Of a stretch of 64,000 bases of DNA, positions 63,579 to 64,000 are shown one piece after another. Under the pieces are notes generated by a model. It did no database searches and was not told where the DNA came from. It was given only the letters and a program-made list of their open reading frames with translations. The DNA is taken from contig WJMT01000102.1 of NCBI GenBank assembly GCA_014727835.1, forward strand, positions 660 to 64,659, in the 5' to 3' direction. Every line of letters begins with the position of its first letter. The first letter of the stretch is position 1. This DNA comes from Candidatus Aminicenantes bacterium. Its GTDB lineage: Bacteria > Acidobacteriota > Aminicenantia > Aminicenantales > Aminicenantaceae. A program made the translations under genes and the position numbers.

Positions 63579-64000
63579 ATGGCACACATTAAGAAAACAA
63601 AAGGAGTCATCGGAATTCTTACCGGAGGAGGAGATGTGCCTGGATTGAACCCAGCCATCCGGGCCATCACAATCAGAGCACTTCGTGAAGGATATCAGGT
63701 CATTGGAATCCGAAATGGGTGGGCTGGATTGATTGAGATCAACAGAGATGAAAAATCCCCACAAACTCAATATTATCAAGAGCTTACAGAGGATATTGTG
63801 AATAAAGCAGGACGCACAGGAGGCACTTTTTTGCACACCTCCCGGACCCGGCCGAGCCATATTCCTGATGTCAATGTCCCTATTTTCCTGAAAGATAAAT
63901 ATGATCAAGAGATCAATGACCTGACTGAAGAAGTGCTGAAGAATTTGGATTATCTGGGAATCGATTATCTGATCCCCGTGGGGGGAGATGATACCCTGAG
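63579..64000 (+). CDS. 6-phosphofructokinase, probably PPi-dependent type; 3' end cut by window edge
   Basis: My own translation from the ATG at 63579 (AGAGGA SD) gives MAHIKKTKGVIGILTGGGDVPGLNPAIRA...IPVGGDDTL. GGDDT rather than GGDGS is the residue change associated with PPi-PFKs. Confidence 0.88.
   Translation, partial: MAHIKKTKGVIGILTGGGDVPGLNPAIRAITIRALREGYQVIGIRNGWAGLIEINRDEKSPQTQYYQELTEDIVNKAGRTGGTFLHTSRTRPSHIPDVNVPIFLKDKYDQEINDLTEEVLKNLDYLGIDYLIPVGGDDTL

Noticed and set aside
1-64000. CRISPR arrays, transposases/IS elements, integrases, prophage or classical defence-system genes, rRNA/tRNA genes
   Set aside because: Reading all intergenic regions and ORF translations, I found no direct-repeat/spacer pattern, no DDE/tyrosine-recombinase/RT/nuclease-helicase-like ORFs, and no tRNA- or rRNA-like sequences. 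This absence is by eye only. tRNAscan, Rfam and a repeat finder would be needed to be sure.

Overview
This is a 64-kb chromosomal window from a bacterium with a Gram-negative-type envelope (full Kdo pathway, beta-barrel OMP, lipoproteins). Its gene content looks anaerobic or microaerophilic: a rubredoxin domain, SdhAB/FrdAB next to an aspartase-like lyase, multihaem cytochromes c, hemerythrin, and a PPi-type PFK signature. By eye I support about 58 protein-coding genes. I saw no rRNA or tRNA genes, no CRISPR array, and no transposase, integrase or phage genes.

Layout:
- 1-27.8 kb: accessory-looking envelope, sensor and redox genes. These include a W-rich lipoprotein, an M48 protease with GYF and zinc-ribbon domains, a P-type ATPase, an OMP, a methyltransferase, a large orphan beta-propeller histidine kinase, an S9 peptidase, an nrfH-like/HAO-like octahaem pair, a hemerythrin plus Fe-S protein pair, GH97 and ChaN-PDZ.
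- 27.8-41.8 kb: an accA-hisS-aspS-aldolase operon, an acyl-CoA ligase plus POT transporter, and sdhAB divergent from the aspartase-like gene.
- 41.8-46 kb: a redox cluster.
- 46-62.4 kb: one densely packed minus-strand block of origin-proximal housekeeping genes. The order is rpmH-rnpA-yidD-yidC-jag-mnmE-mnmG, a parS site, then parA-parB-bactofilin-kdsB-pyrG-kdsA-kdsD-kdsC-PMM-uppP-manC. dnaA and rsmG are absent.
- 62.4-64 kb: carD, smpB and pfk on the plus strand.

The best candidate for an undescribed system is the 41.8-46 kb cluster. It holds a rubredoxin::pyruvate-oxidase-like TPP enzyme fusion. Next comes a tight three-gene operon: a cytoplasmic Cys-rich DUF2769-like protein, a 4-TM::cytochrome c fusion, and a Tat-exported DUF2769-like paralog. 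A CDGSH/Fe-S protein follows. I read the trio as a possible transmembrane electron-transfer module. All calls come from reading motifs by eye; no searches were run.
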